A program made the position numbers and the translations under genes. Of a stretch of 64,000 bases of DNA, positions 37,281 through 48,927 are shown in pieces. Origin of the DNA: Cirrosporium novae-zelandiae (taxonomy: Eukaryota); NCBI GenBank assembly GCA_026023565.1, contig JAPETS010000035.1, positions 186,001-250,000 on the forward strand, in the 5' to 3' direction. Numbering within the stretch: position 1 is the first letter of the stretch; each line of letters starts with the position of its first letter. Below the pieces are notes generated by a model, which saw nothing but the letters and a program-made list of their open reading frames with translations, had not been told where the DNA came from and searched no databases.

Positions 37281-39948
37281 ATGTCGGAGAAAAATTCTCA
37301 CGCCTTTCCAGTTTCGAGCTCATCAACCATATCTGATTCCAACCAACAACCGAAAACGCCTCCGCTCTCCCCGATAACCAAGCGCTTCACATCCTTGAGA
37401 GAAAACGTCTTATGCTCTGATCCTTATATCTTAGGTCTTGAGTCGACGGATCCGCACCGTCCACTCAGATGGGGGCAGTACCTGGCGAGGGGAACACCAT
37501 TTGACTCCAACGAAGCTCAACTTCAATATATCAGCTTTCTCCAACATCCCTGGACGGACGGAGGGTTGATGGTATATGGAGGTTGGGCTGATAATCACGG
37601 GAATTTGTTACCTGAGGATCCTTATAAGACTAGCTCTCGAAGCACTACAACAACACCCGTTCTAAGCTCCGCGAGGAGGAAGATTACATTAGGCGAATAT
37701 AAGAATAAGTCTCGGAGCAACCCATCGAAAGACATAGAAGGAAACAAAGGGGAATTCGGCCCTCTGTTGAAGAGTACGCAACCAGCAATGTCAAAACAAG
37801 AGTCCACACAGGAGAACCATTCATCGCACTTGAAGAGGTACGTACCTCATGCCTTGTTCCTGTTATGCTTTTAAGTTTAAAGGATACTCCTTACGTCTAT
37901 AATTCACCCATCGCGGATTTGTTATATACTATTTGTATTCCATGCATTTCTGCTACGTCGCCTGCCTGCGCTTGCGTGTACAATTGTGTCTCGAGGACCT
38001 GTATAACTAACAAACCGCCAGGCCGCTTGATTCAATGGCTGGGTTAAAAGAACCCAAGTCAAGAGAGGTTGTAGAGCCCACGCCTCCGTCGAAAAGAGCC
38101 CGTGTCACGCCCCCACCCAAACAATCCCACCCTCCGACATCTGAGAGCAATGAAACCATGAAATCCAATCCCAACGAAATACCGAAGCTCCTTTCTCCTT
38201 TACATGCCACCTTTTCGAGGCTCAAATCTCCTTCAAATGCGCTAGACATTCCTCCACTGTTGTCGCCCACTCTTCCCCCCATAATTATGAGAAAGTTGGA
38301 AGCCCAGAAGCAATTATCAAGTTCACAATCATCTACCCTTAGTAAGGGTAGCCACAACCGTACATCCTCAACAACATCTACTAGCTCCGAAAGTAGACCA
38401 AAGAATGCAACGAAAATACCGCTGGCCGGCAAAACGGTCAAATCTCATACAATTACATCTCATTCAACAGCAGGTACGCCCGAAAGGAAACCAAGAGCCA
38501 CTGCCCATATTCCCACATCACATCAAACGAAGACCATCAATAATACTACTTCGGGCAAGAGCTCTAAAGTGGTCGAACTTCCTATAGAAAGTAAAATAAT
38601 CAAACTGAAGTACGGAAAAGGCAGGAGAAAATTTGTGGAAAGGATCCTCGGAATCAGAGCAAGGCCTTCAAATCCTTTAGAGGCAGGAACCAAGCGTTCC
38701 GCTACTCAGGCAGCAAAACCCAAGGAAAGCGCTACAGATCCAAGTGGTGTATTCAAACCCCTCAAAGCCTCCCAAGAACGTAGAGATCCCAAGACAAACT
38801 TGACTCAAAGATCATCGGAAAAGCGACTACGAAGCGACGACGAAGACTCATCTGTTGAACGTTCAATAAAGAAGAAGAAGACTTTGCAACCGCTCAAAGA
38901 ATCAAGCAAGCCTAGTACCCCTGCTGAGCCAAATTTCAAATCACCTGCACCACCCCACCCAACCTTGCCTCAAAAGTCCCATATCACCCCACGGCAGGAT
39001 ATCAAGAACGTTGCATTACGCCGTGTCGAGTCATCCTCGGGTAAAGTTAGGACACCCCAAGGCGAAGTGCGATCAGCCACACCGAGTGCTCCAAATAGCG
39101 TTGAAAGAAAGACACCTTTCAAAACGACTAACTCATCTGAACCATCCGCAAGTCACAGAGAAGCTCGCGAGTGGCACATGGAGCACCAAAAATATCTTAG
39201 CATTGGTAGGAACCTGAAACATACAGGTGATGCCATCCTCCGACCTGGGATCGACAAAATCTCCGAAGTGGATCGCGGGTTATGTGCAGCAACAATGGCA
39301 GAAGGTCTCATCTGCTATGTCTTGGCGTTTACACTTCTCGACCATGCGAATCGTCTATCCCGAGCATCAAGCCCCGTTGTAAGCAATTGGAATTCGCTCC
39401 TGCCATACGCAAAAACGGTCCTCAATATCACTCGTTACTATCCACAGCTTCATGGGTTCTGCCTTCAGGTTGTCGGTCGAGTGTACAACGTCATCGGGGA
39501 GGGTCTGATCAACCGGCTCGCCGCCGATCAACTTCCTATTGGTAGCACTGAGGAGGTCCTTCCACCCACACCTGGTACAGAGGGCGATCTAGCCGCGGCT
39601 GAGGTGGCCAAGAAAAATGCCCTATATCGCAGGGATTACATTGAGTTCCAGCGCGAACTCATTGACACTTCTCGCAAGGCGGACAGCACCTGGCTGGAAG
39701 GCAACGCACTTTTCACTGTTGAGGATATCATGACAAAATTCCCCAACACATGGAACGCGTGCAAGAAGTCACCTTTGGATTTGAAGGGGGCAGATAAGCT
39801 TGTGCCTCAGAATGGAATAAATGGCGCATTCGCACTTCCCCTCAATTCTTCCAGCGCGCCCATCGAATTTGTTAGGGCCGGTTGGTCTCTGCTAGGAGAA
39901 TGGTCGATGAAGGAAGGAATCAAGTGGGAAGGAAAGCTGGAGTTGTGA
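37281..39948 (+). CDS. Ser/Pro/Lys-rich nuclear protein with a helical C-terminal domain, tentatively Ell1-binding Ebp1/AFF4-CHD-like; exons 37281-37837, 38022-39948
   Basis: GTACGT..CTAAC..CAG intron joins the two ORFs in frame. RRKITLGEYKNK and LLSP repeats are present. The C-terminal GRNLKH...EGLICYVLAF...WNSLLPY resembles Ebp1_C from memory, so the gene is secure but the family is tentative. Confidence 0.65.
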
Positions 39949-40459
39949 TTGGGATTACGAACTTTCACGTGATATACGTTGTTTTTCATCTTCTAACAAC
40001 ACAGCAAGGTTATTCTGGCTAAGGCGTTTACAAACTTTAGGGGTTTCTGACGAAGGATATCTCTCGTGCGTGCATTTTAGCGATGCGTTAATGGCTACCT
40101 ACTTTATTCGCGTTTCTGTGGAACAGGCGCTGAATTGGGGACCAGGGAAAACCAGACGTCTGGAGGAAGGACATTTTTCACTGCGACTGGATGGTCGGAC
40201 GGATTATTCCCTATGGTTGTTTCTTTTTGTTTTCATATGGCGATTCCACCTGCAGCATGTGACTAGAATGAGCAGGGTCTTAAGCATATTGGTTGGAAGG
40301 ATGGATGGACTACCGAAAGGCTGATATCAAGCAGCTAAGGTCGAGGGGACACTTTTCAGACTTGCCAGATGATATGGGGCATGTATTACATTACTTAGTT
40401 TATTACACTACTCTAAATGAGTACATTGTATATTTGCAAAACCCTTGACTGTAAACAAG

Positions 40460-40793
40460 CACGCGTCCCAAAATAAGCGGGACTCACAAATTCATTTTAT
40501 TATATTTAAAACCCCAAAAATGAGTCGCCTACTTAAATATATACCCAAGTAGCTATATTCAAATGACTCACTTTCGGCCTCCGGAAAAAAAAAGTTGAGT
40601 AAGGTGTTGTTGTTCTTTCTATTAATTGTAATTATTATTAGAATTAATTTTGAGCACAGTTTTTTTGCGGCATAGATATATAACGAGTATCTCTCTCTAT
40701 AAATCTATATCTTTTTTACATCACACTTTTAATCCTCAACACAAATAGTGAAGATCCGAGTTTGTGAGTCCTACTTATTTTGGGACCAGCGTG
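40460..40793. mobile_element. 334-bp non-autonomous TIR element (MITE) with 5-bp TSD ACAAG; Transib-like termini
   Basis: Left TIR CACGC--GTCCCAAAATAAGCGGGACTCACAAATTC. Right TIR (reverse complement) CACGCTGGTCCCAAAATAAGTAGGACTCACAAACTC. ACAAG at 40455-40459 and 40794-40798. The interior is AT-rich and non-coding. Confidence 0.85.
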
Positions 40794-40952
40794 ACAAGTA
40801 AATTTGAAATCGAGTTTGGGTTTGAAGTGAGAGTGTATATAACTCTTAGGTGTGTAATTAATTAATCATAAGGAGCCTCGCACGTACTCACCCACGTCCT
40901 TAATCATCACAACTTCCTCCTATACTCTTGATGAAGACTGCCTCTACTCAAC

Positions 40953-42564
40953 ATGGCCGACTCCGATGGTGAATATGTCCAAGGTCTATCCGATGACGAG
41001 GGAAATATTCGGGGAAGTCGTAATCGCCATAAAACACGCTCTTCACGGCAACGAGGTGGACAACAAGCTGATAAGCAATGGGAAGTCAGAAGGACATGGG
41101 AAGAAGTTGTGGAAGGTGCAGATGGCAGAATAAGCTCGACCATCGAAGGATTGCTTGAAGCCAGCAAACGGAAAAGGTAAGCTCTTTCTTTTGATGACGG
41201 TCAGTTTTCATATCAAACAATATTCAAGTATCATCACTGGGTGATGTCCATAAGAACTCTCATTCTCTAGAATTGTTGGAAACCTTTGAAAAACCCATAT
41301 AGTAGCCTCGGTAGACATGAAAGATAAAGATTTAGCTCCGGCTTGGTTTAATCCTTATCCGTCTGCAGGGTCACTTGGATCTATATATATCAGAAGTAGG
41401 AAAATTAACAGGATTAACAGAATTCTTCATGATACTACTCCAGTACAGCGAGGCGTCATTCGCCACCTAATACTGGTTCTAGATCTCTCTTCAGCCATGA
41501 TGGAAAAGGATCTACGCCCAACTCGCTATCTTCTTACGTTACGATATGCCCAGGAGTTCATCACTGAGTTTTTCGAGCAAAACCCCATCTCCCAGCTTGG
41601 AGTCATGGGCATGCGCGATGGCCTCTGTATTAAAATATCCGACATGAGTGGAAATGCTACCGAACATATTACAGCCATTGAGGCATTTCGAGCTCAAGAG
41701 CCGAAAGGCGATCCTAGCCTTCAGAATGCCTTGGAGATGGCAAGAAGTGTATTATTGTAAGGCTCTAGGGGGGTTGAACTTCTGAGACTTTGATGGGACT
41801 AATTATCTGCCAGTAATGCACCAAGCCATGGCACACGCGAGGTGTTAGTGATCTACGGTGCCCTTCTAACTTCGGACCCTGGAGATATCCACGTAACCAT
41901 ATCCGACTTGGTAGAAGCCTCGATTCGTGTTCGAATCGTAGGTTTAGCTGCCCAAGTTGCTATCTGCCGAGAGATGGTTTCACGAACCAACGGCGGCGAC
42001 GACAGCGGGTACGGTGTTGCTCTGAACGAGGGACATTTCCGAGACCTATTTATGGACAACACTATACCTCCCGTAACCCTGGCAGACAAGGACAAAGACT
42101 CCACTCGGCCTTTACTCGAGATGGGCTTCCCATCCCGAATCACAGAATCCGAGGCTACGCTATGCGCCTGCCATTCCAGATTGACGAAGACAGGTTACCA
42201 ATGCCCTCGCTGCATGACCAAGGTTTGCGACCTTCCAGCCACGTGTCCCGGGTGCGATCAAACTTTGGTTCTTTCAATCCATCTCGCAAGATCTTATCAT
42301 CATCTCTATCCCCTACTGAATTGGGTCGAGGTGCCATGGTCGGAAATCAATAATTTGGTCAAGTGTCCCGCTTGCTTGGCACTCTTCCCCAAAGTACCCC
42401 CAAAGGAGAAATGGAGTCAGAATAAGCTGGTGGGAAAGGACGTTAGCGAGAGTGGTCGATATAAATGTCCTGCCTGCCAGTGGCAAATGTGCTCTGCCTG
42501 TGACGCCTTCTACCATGAGATTGTACACAATTGTCCGGGCTGCTTGAATAAACCACAGGTCTAG
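40953..42564 (+). CDS. SSL1: TFIIH core subunit p44; exons 40953-41176, 41421-41756, 41814-42564
   Basis: WEVRRTWE. vWA domain QRGVIRHLILVLDLS..EKDLRPTR, FFEQNPISQLG, PSLQNALE. C4 zinc finger CPRC..CPGC, HLARSYHHLYPL and a C-terminal C4C4-type finger ending HNCPGC. Confidence 0.96.
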
Positions 42565-43724
42565 GATTTTCCTGAAAATAAAAAAGGACTACTCTTGAAG
42601 GGTCATTGATGAATGGTTTTAGGATGGTTTATGGATAGTGTCGCATGATAGGAAGTGCATCTATTGAGGAAAGATGAAGGTATCAATCTTGGGGCTCTCT
42701 GGATATCTGACTAAATTACTTTTTTGTTAAAAATAATATAACATTGAAACTTTTTTTTGGTTTTTCATCTGCACCAGTAGTAAGTAACAAGGGAGGGATA
42801 CCCCATCCCATCCCATCCCATCCCATCCCATCCCACATAAATGACCCATCCTTGTTAAAAAAAAATAAAAAAGCTAACCCCTTTCCTTTCCACTTCTTTT
42901 CCTTCCACTTCCTTTTAGATAGATAAGCAGATAGATAGATATACATTATATATCTATACATATACTACAAGGAAGCACTAAGAAGGTCGTTTTTTATATC
43001 CGATCTGATGCTAGCCCGGGGGTGGAGTTGGAATGAGGGCTTTGATGGTTATGGATATCCCCTTTCAGTGTCGGTTGGTGGTGTTTTATTTCATGAGGGG
43101 CTGGGTGTGAGGTGGGGGGAGCAAGAGAGTGAGAGAATTGATATATTTTTGTGTGGTTATTGTGTTATATAGGTGGGTTCAAAGAGTAGAGTGGAGTGGA
43201 GTAGATAGATTCCCTGATCCTGATCCTGATCCCTCCTCTAGGCTCTGGGCTCTGGAGCTCTCTCCTCCTATCATGATTTTTAAGCGTGCGCGGGGGGGTG
43301 GGTAGGTAAGTATGGTCTTGAGTTGATTTGATTGTTACTTCTCCGGGAACTAGGCAGGTGATAGATGGGGAGGGAGAGGGTCGAACCCCCCAAAAAAAGG
43401 CACCTGCTCTCATTGGACTGGGGCTTAAGTAATAATGATGGGGATGGGGATGATGAGGATGGGAACACAGGTTTAGAATAATAGAAAATAGAAGGGAAGA
43501 CTATTCATTCCTCATTATCATCACCCTTCCCTCCTTATTCTTATTTCAAATCCATTCCCATCTCCCATCTACACTCCCTTGTAATGCTTCATTATCGTAA
43601 CCACAGCCACAGAAGCTATGATGGCGATCACGAGGGCTGGGATAGATAAATAAACAAATAAATATCGAATGTTGAGATGGAGAGATGGAGAGAGACGAGG
43701 CGGAGGAGAAGGATGAGAGGGGGC

Positions 43725-43725
<1 letters not shown>

Positions 43726-43755
<30 letters not shown>

Positions 43756-43780
43756 GGAGGAGGAGGAGGAGGAGGAGGAG
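43726..43780. repeat. Compound (GTT)n(GGA)n microsatellite
   Basis: Read directly from the sequence. It produces the poly-Pro/poly-Thr spurious ORF. Confidence 0.9.
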
Positions 43781-43934
43781 GGTTTGGATTGTATTGGTCG
43801 TAGGTGATGTGGGTGGGTGGTGAAGGGTTTGGATTAGTTGTAGGTTGTGTGGGTAGTGAAGAGAGGAGGGGGGGTGAGGGAAAGGAGAAGGGGGATTGTT
43901 GATTGTTGGATGCGTGTGGGGTGTTGGTCATTGC

Positions 43935-44158
43935 AAAAAATGAATCTGCAACCCCTCGGGGTCGAACCATGGTGCTCAAGGTGCAGGTACCCTATAAATA
44001 TTACTTTACCACGTTTATTTTCAACCGAACAGGAGGGTTGGTCGAGAGATCTTCCACCCCCACACAAATCGCATCTGTGTGGCACCCTTAACCCGGGCTT
44101 GAACCGTGGACCGGCTGACCTGTGAAACCAATCCCCCCATGATTGCCTTGAATAAAGG
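43935..44158 (-). ncRNA. Candidate structured Pol III-type RNA or tRNA-derived element
   Basis: Two B-box/T-arm motifs (GGTTCAAGCCC, GGTTCGACCCC), a TT-CAC-AG anticodon-like loop, several stems with G:U pairs favouring the minus strand, and a T6 terminator. Confidence 0.4.
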
Positions 44159-45034
44159 ACCAAGTGTAGATAGAGTAGCAAAGTAATGGGTTGGATGAGT
44201 TTCGGATATCTCAGATCTACTCGATGCGAGCTGGATATTCTTTTTTGGCTGGTGAGAAGGAACATATTACAAATATTAAGCTTGCTAGAACTATAAGAAA
44301 GCTGAATTGCAACTGAATTACAACTGAATTACAACCACATTGCCATTTTCACTGCAAGAAGAGTTGGAACCTTGAAAATGCTGCTTGAAGGGGAAGTATG
44401 ATAGACCTGTTGGTGTTTAAGCAAAATCAAGAGAGATTTAATAGGAAAAAGGAAATAGGAAAACATAAAAGAGCATGAGCATAGCTCTCTCAAACATTAG
44501 CCCTGTAGAGAAATCGGTAGCTATTCTTTCGAGACAGAACTCTCTCTACTGAACACGTTGAAATATGATGTGGACACTGTGTTGGGGAGCTAGGCCTTGG
44601 TAAAATGAGATTTTTGTAAATGTACCAGGGAGAGGAACGAGTGGATGAGCCTTGTCCGGGTTGACGACCTGACTAAACCCTTTATGGTAACCGCTGATCA
44701 AAGAATTCAACCTTTCTCTTAAGCTTCTCTAAACTTCATCATCAATCTATATTCGCAAATTTCTTCTCCCATATGTACCTAGGTACTTATCAGACTTTAC
44801 GCATTGATGGATCTGCTATGTGGTCTGTTTTAAGCATCCCCTCAACTGTCTGAAATCTGCAACACGAGATTCGCGAACCCCCGCTCCAATCTCCGTCGCT
44901 TAATTAATATAAAATACAGCTACTTGATGTCAAACTACTTAATTCTCGTGTTCATCCTTCATGCTGATGAAGCATTTTTCATTCTTTGTCTGATATTAAT
45001 CCTTAGGAAATACTTAATTGCTGCAGGCAGCGAC

Positions 45035-45883
45035 ATGAAAATGCCGACACTCTCTTATCTTTTCATTCTATCTACCCTCTTCATTTTTCTGACTGCCGCC
45101 CAGAACTTTACCATCAAGAATGGCCAGATTTACACCCCTGGGCTTGCAATTGTCGACTCGCCTCAACCAAATACCCCTGAGGGAGGAGGTACAATCACCA
45201 ACTCTTCCGTCTTATTTCATCGCCATACTAACTCTTGAAGACACTCTTCAGGTCGCCCTCGATGTGAGTGGTAATGGCCAGCTTTCACTGGATACCTATG
45301 ATTCGGACGCCACGACTCAATTCTACAACATTACCATATTTCTGACTAGCACTTCATTGGAGAATAATTTTACCATCAATAATGGGACACCTTCCATCAT
45401 AGAGCAAGAGTCTGGAAGCACCGTCAAGCATGTTAACTTTTTCTGGCCCAAATGTCTAGCTGGAGAAGGCACTAGCGGTGATAGAGGGGAATATAATGTC
45501 GACTCGACCCTGTATCCGTCCAGCTACCAGATTACTAACCTCTAGTAATCTAGATCTCCATCCATCAATCCTTTCGCTTGAACGATACCGACTATTACAC
45601 AATATTCAATCTTCCCATAGAAGTCACCAATTCTATTCCAGCTAATGACACCCGTCCGTCTTGTGACTCCATCAGCAATGAATTGCTTTCACGGGGAGTG
45701 CTAAATAGGTCTGTGGACACCTTGTCCTCGCAACCATGGATAGGCGGGGGCGTGAGTATCACTGGGTCAAGTACATCGGATGGCAGTGAAGATGGAATTG
45801 GAAACGGTGGAACACTTAATTCGAGAAGCTCTTACTTGGCTCCCATATTGACACCAGTTTTGTTGTGGAGCATTTTTTTCTAA
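45035..45883 (+). CDS. Small secreted, probably GPI-anchored protein of unknown function; exons 45035-45188, 45241-45497, 45554-45883
   Basis: Signal peptide MKMPTLSYLFILSTLFIFLTAA. Many N-x-S/T sequons. Ser/Gly-rich linker and a hydrophobic C-terminal tail after GNGG. Introns keep the frame, although the second donor GTCGAC is atypical. Confidence 0.8.
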
Positions 45884-46516
45884 ACTTCTGTATTGAATGG
45901 ATAATTTGGAAAGGATTTTATCATGTACACTGACTTTCCTGTTCTTTAAAATTGTAGCTTATGTGAACAAGCCTAGAAGAGCTAAGGTAAATTTCATCTT
46001 CTGAGTCAACCCTCTGTCAATTCTATATTTCTTTATTTTAACGCGTTATTCCTCAAGATTCAAATCACAATCAAGTCTCTTACAAAATGAACCCGAGATT
46101 AAAAAAAACCCCCCAAAGTAAAAACACCAAAAAAGTTCAGATACCCCAACCCCAGCGTCTGAGTTAATTGCAATATCTTATGAAACCCCCCCCCCCCCCC
46201 CAACCTCAAGCCTACTCATCCTAAGAGGGGTTGTTCTTCAACCCCCCCTCTTTACTATTCCATTCAATTTAATTCCCCACATCGGTCTTTTTTATCGACA
46301 ATCGGATTCGAACGCTCTGGGCGTTGTCGGTCGCAGTACTCCTTTGTCCTGACTCTGAAATGCGCCAGGGGTTATTGAACGGTTCACCAACTTGAACAGT
46401 GGCATGGTGGTCTCTCGTTGAATAAAGTTAAGCTGAATTTAAGTATTTAAAAGGTGAAGGCAGTATGGTAGGGCTGAGGAGGGAGGGCCTGGGTTGTTTA
46501 AAGGGTAAAGTTAACC

Positions 46517-48090
46517 ATGTTCGCGGTGGGTTTTGTCCTGTCTTTAGGCATCTCTGGAGGAGTCTTCTGTACAACTAGTGCCGCTTTGTTCCTTTTCCTT
46601 CTTCCACTTCCAACACTTAGAGCCTCACTGATGTTTATTAGAAGGCCCTTCAGGAAGCCGAACTGAGGTTACCTACCCACCGCAAAAGCCGGTAAGAAGC
46701 TCTCGTCTTCACATATTAGTGTAGACGAGACTATTTACTAATGATAAAAACAAAGCTACTCTCTACCTCTCTTTTCGACTTCGCGACTTCCACCTCAGAA
46801 AATAACCAACCATCAGGAAACACTTCATCATGCAAAGCATATCCTAGACACTTTTCGTGACTATCAATAACAGTATGGAGTATCTTGAGTAGCCTGCTTG
46901 GTAATGTCTTGATTAAGGCTGTGCCCTCCGCTTCCTCCTGTTATAAAAACTACAGGTTATGACTTTCTCGGCAAGTCGGTTAGGGCTGGATCTATGAGTG
47001 TTTAGACGCACAATCTCAAGAATATTGTGTATATCCCGGGATACAAGAGCCGCAATTATACCGGAAGGGCAATAAAACCAAATGTCGGGGTTCCGATATA
47101 TGAATATTATGCGGTAGCAAAAGAGAATAATATTTCTATTATTGCAGACGAAGGCGCTACAAGCTGTGTAATCTTCCTCTCGTTCTTCCGCCTAATTTGA
47201 TTCCAGACTATATGGATTGCTAGTTGTTACGTTACAGATAGTGGGCACTCACCATTGCCAAGTGTTGCTGGAATGACAACATATAATGCCCTTGTAATGG
47301 GTGGTTACAGCTGGTGGGCGGTTTGTTACTACTTCAGAGGCTTTTAACCCGGACCTGCTTTGGACCTTAAGAGGTGGTGGTGGAGGTGAATCAGGACTCC
47401 TGGTCCTTGGCAGGGAAAGTTACACTGACCGTACTATTTAGCTACATTCGGCATTATTATGTCGGTGGTGTTCAAGGTCCTCCTTCAAATACCTATTACT
47501 GTGATGAAGCTTACATTGACCTCCAACTCTGAATCTATTACAAGTAAGCTTTTTATAGGAGCTAGATCATCCTTTAAAAACTTGATCCATTACACCGAAG
47601 CGAAGGCATATACCTGGTTTCTCGTTCCCAGGAATGTTTAAAGGGACTTATTCTTTCTATCCAACAAGACCATCGACGATGCCAAGGTCTTGTTACAACC
47701 CTAGTTCGAGCAACTTCACACAAATGATATCTCTTCCCCAAATTTACACGCTATAACAGCCTCAACGATGCTTAGGTGAATATAGTTGTATTAGAAACTG
47801 TCGAACCCTTAAATGCGAGATCTGGTAGTAGACTAATGCCACGTACAAATTTTGACAGTGAGACTATGCAACTCTTCTGCAACGCTACACCGCATTCCGG
47901 TGCATATCTAAATGATGCAGATATAAATACCTCAGATCAACAAAGACGGCTTTTTGGGAGTAATTATCGCTAACCATACAGCTTGAAACAGCATAAAAAA
48001 CTCCTACAGCTGTGGGTAGTGAGGATTGGTTTGTGGAAGATAGTAGTGGGATACCCAATGAGCAGAATGAGAGACTCTGTCGTTCAATCT
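46517..48090 (+). pseudogene. Degraded FAD-linked oxidoreductase (FAD_binding_4 + BBE domain)
   Basis: Collinear relics: IKTTGYDFLGKS (~46943, from IKNTGHDFLGKS), GHSPL (~47242), WTLRGGGG/TFGIIMS (~47361-47465), GAYLNDAD..FGSNY (~47899-47970) and TAVGSEDW (~48006). They are separated by stops, frameshifts and deletions. Confidence 0.85.
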
Positions 48091-48927
48091 AGATGTCGAC
48101 GAGGTTCATTTTCGTTGGAATTACTACAGTAGTACATGGACGCCATTGTTGTTGAGCTCTTTAGCTTTTTCACATGTCCACTGTAGATGTCAAAGGTAAG
48201 TGAACCGATACTTTGGTCAATCCGATGTTCGGTCAGTTCCCCGCCCGGTGCCAGATAAAGGACGTAATCACCACTGTCAGCCTCGTACTTGTAGAACCTC
48301 ACATAGGTTAAAAACCGGGTGCACATGCTCATCAAAGCTAGAATACACAGGGAGTGTGGTCAAGTAATCATCACGAATGTTACACCGTCGGATAAGCGCG
48401 GAACCGCCCAGGACGCCGTGCTGGCTGGGGTTTATAAAGCTATCATTTGTGATTTTCCGTCATTACATCCTCCAACACGTCACAGCGAATCAGATAGGAC
48501 CGTGGAGGCAAACGTTCCACTACAAGACTTCCTTGGAAAATCTCAAGCATTAATTTCTATGCTTGAAATTTGCATAGAAAAGAAATTTGTTGGGCATGTT
48601 GTTGGAAAGATCCGTACATCTCCTCTCCATCGCGTTTAAAATATAACCCAACTTAATCCTCACTATCTCCGCCATCCCCGTTCGGAGAGGATCAACCCCA
48701 TGTTCAAAACACTCAACCCCACAATTCATTTGTTAGCGGGTTGTCCACAAGACATACAAAGCCTTCCCGCGTCTTCAGAGGCAACTACTACGCCGTATCT
48801 GTGAATGTCATGCGACGAAAGTAATTGAGATAGGTCTGAGTTTAAGAGCTCCGAAAGTATTTAATTCCTCTCGAAACCCTTCAAGAGGTCCCTTTTTTCT
48901 CGATTATTTTTTGACTACCTCTCCAAG

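Noticed and set aside
41177..41420. Intronic C/D snoRNA in the long SSL1 intron (TGATGA near 41192)
   Set aside because: There is no CTGA D-box downstream within the intron.
43569..43979. Pro/Thr-rich 136-aa ORF with a hydrophobic tail
   Set aside because: It is built from (GTT)n(GGA)n microsatellite and low-complexity sequence, and lacks other gene features.
44085..44158. tRNA-Sec or a functional tRNA (TTTCACA contains TCA)
   Set aside because: The stem register centres CAC rather than TCA. There is no long variable arm and the D-arm does not pair, so it is not called as a functional tRNA.
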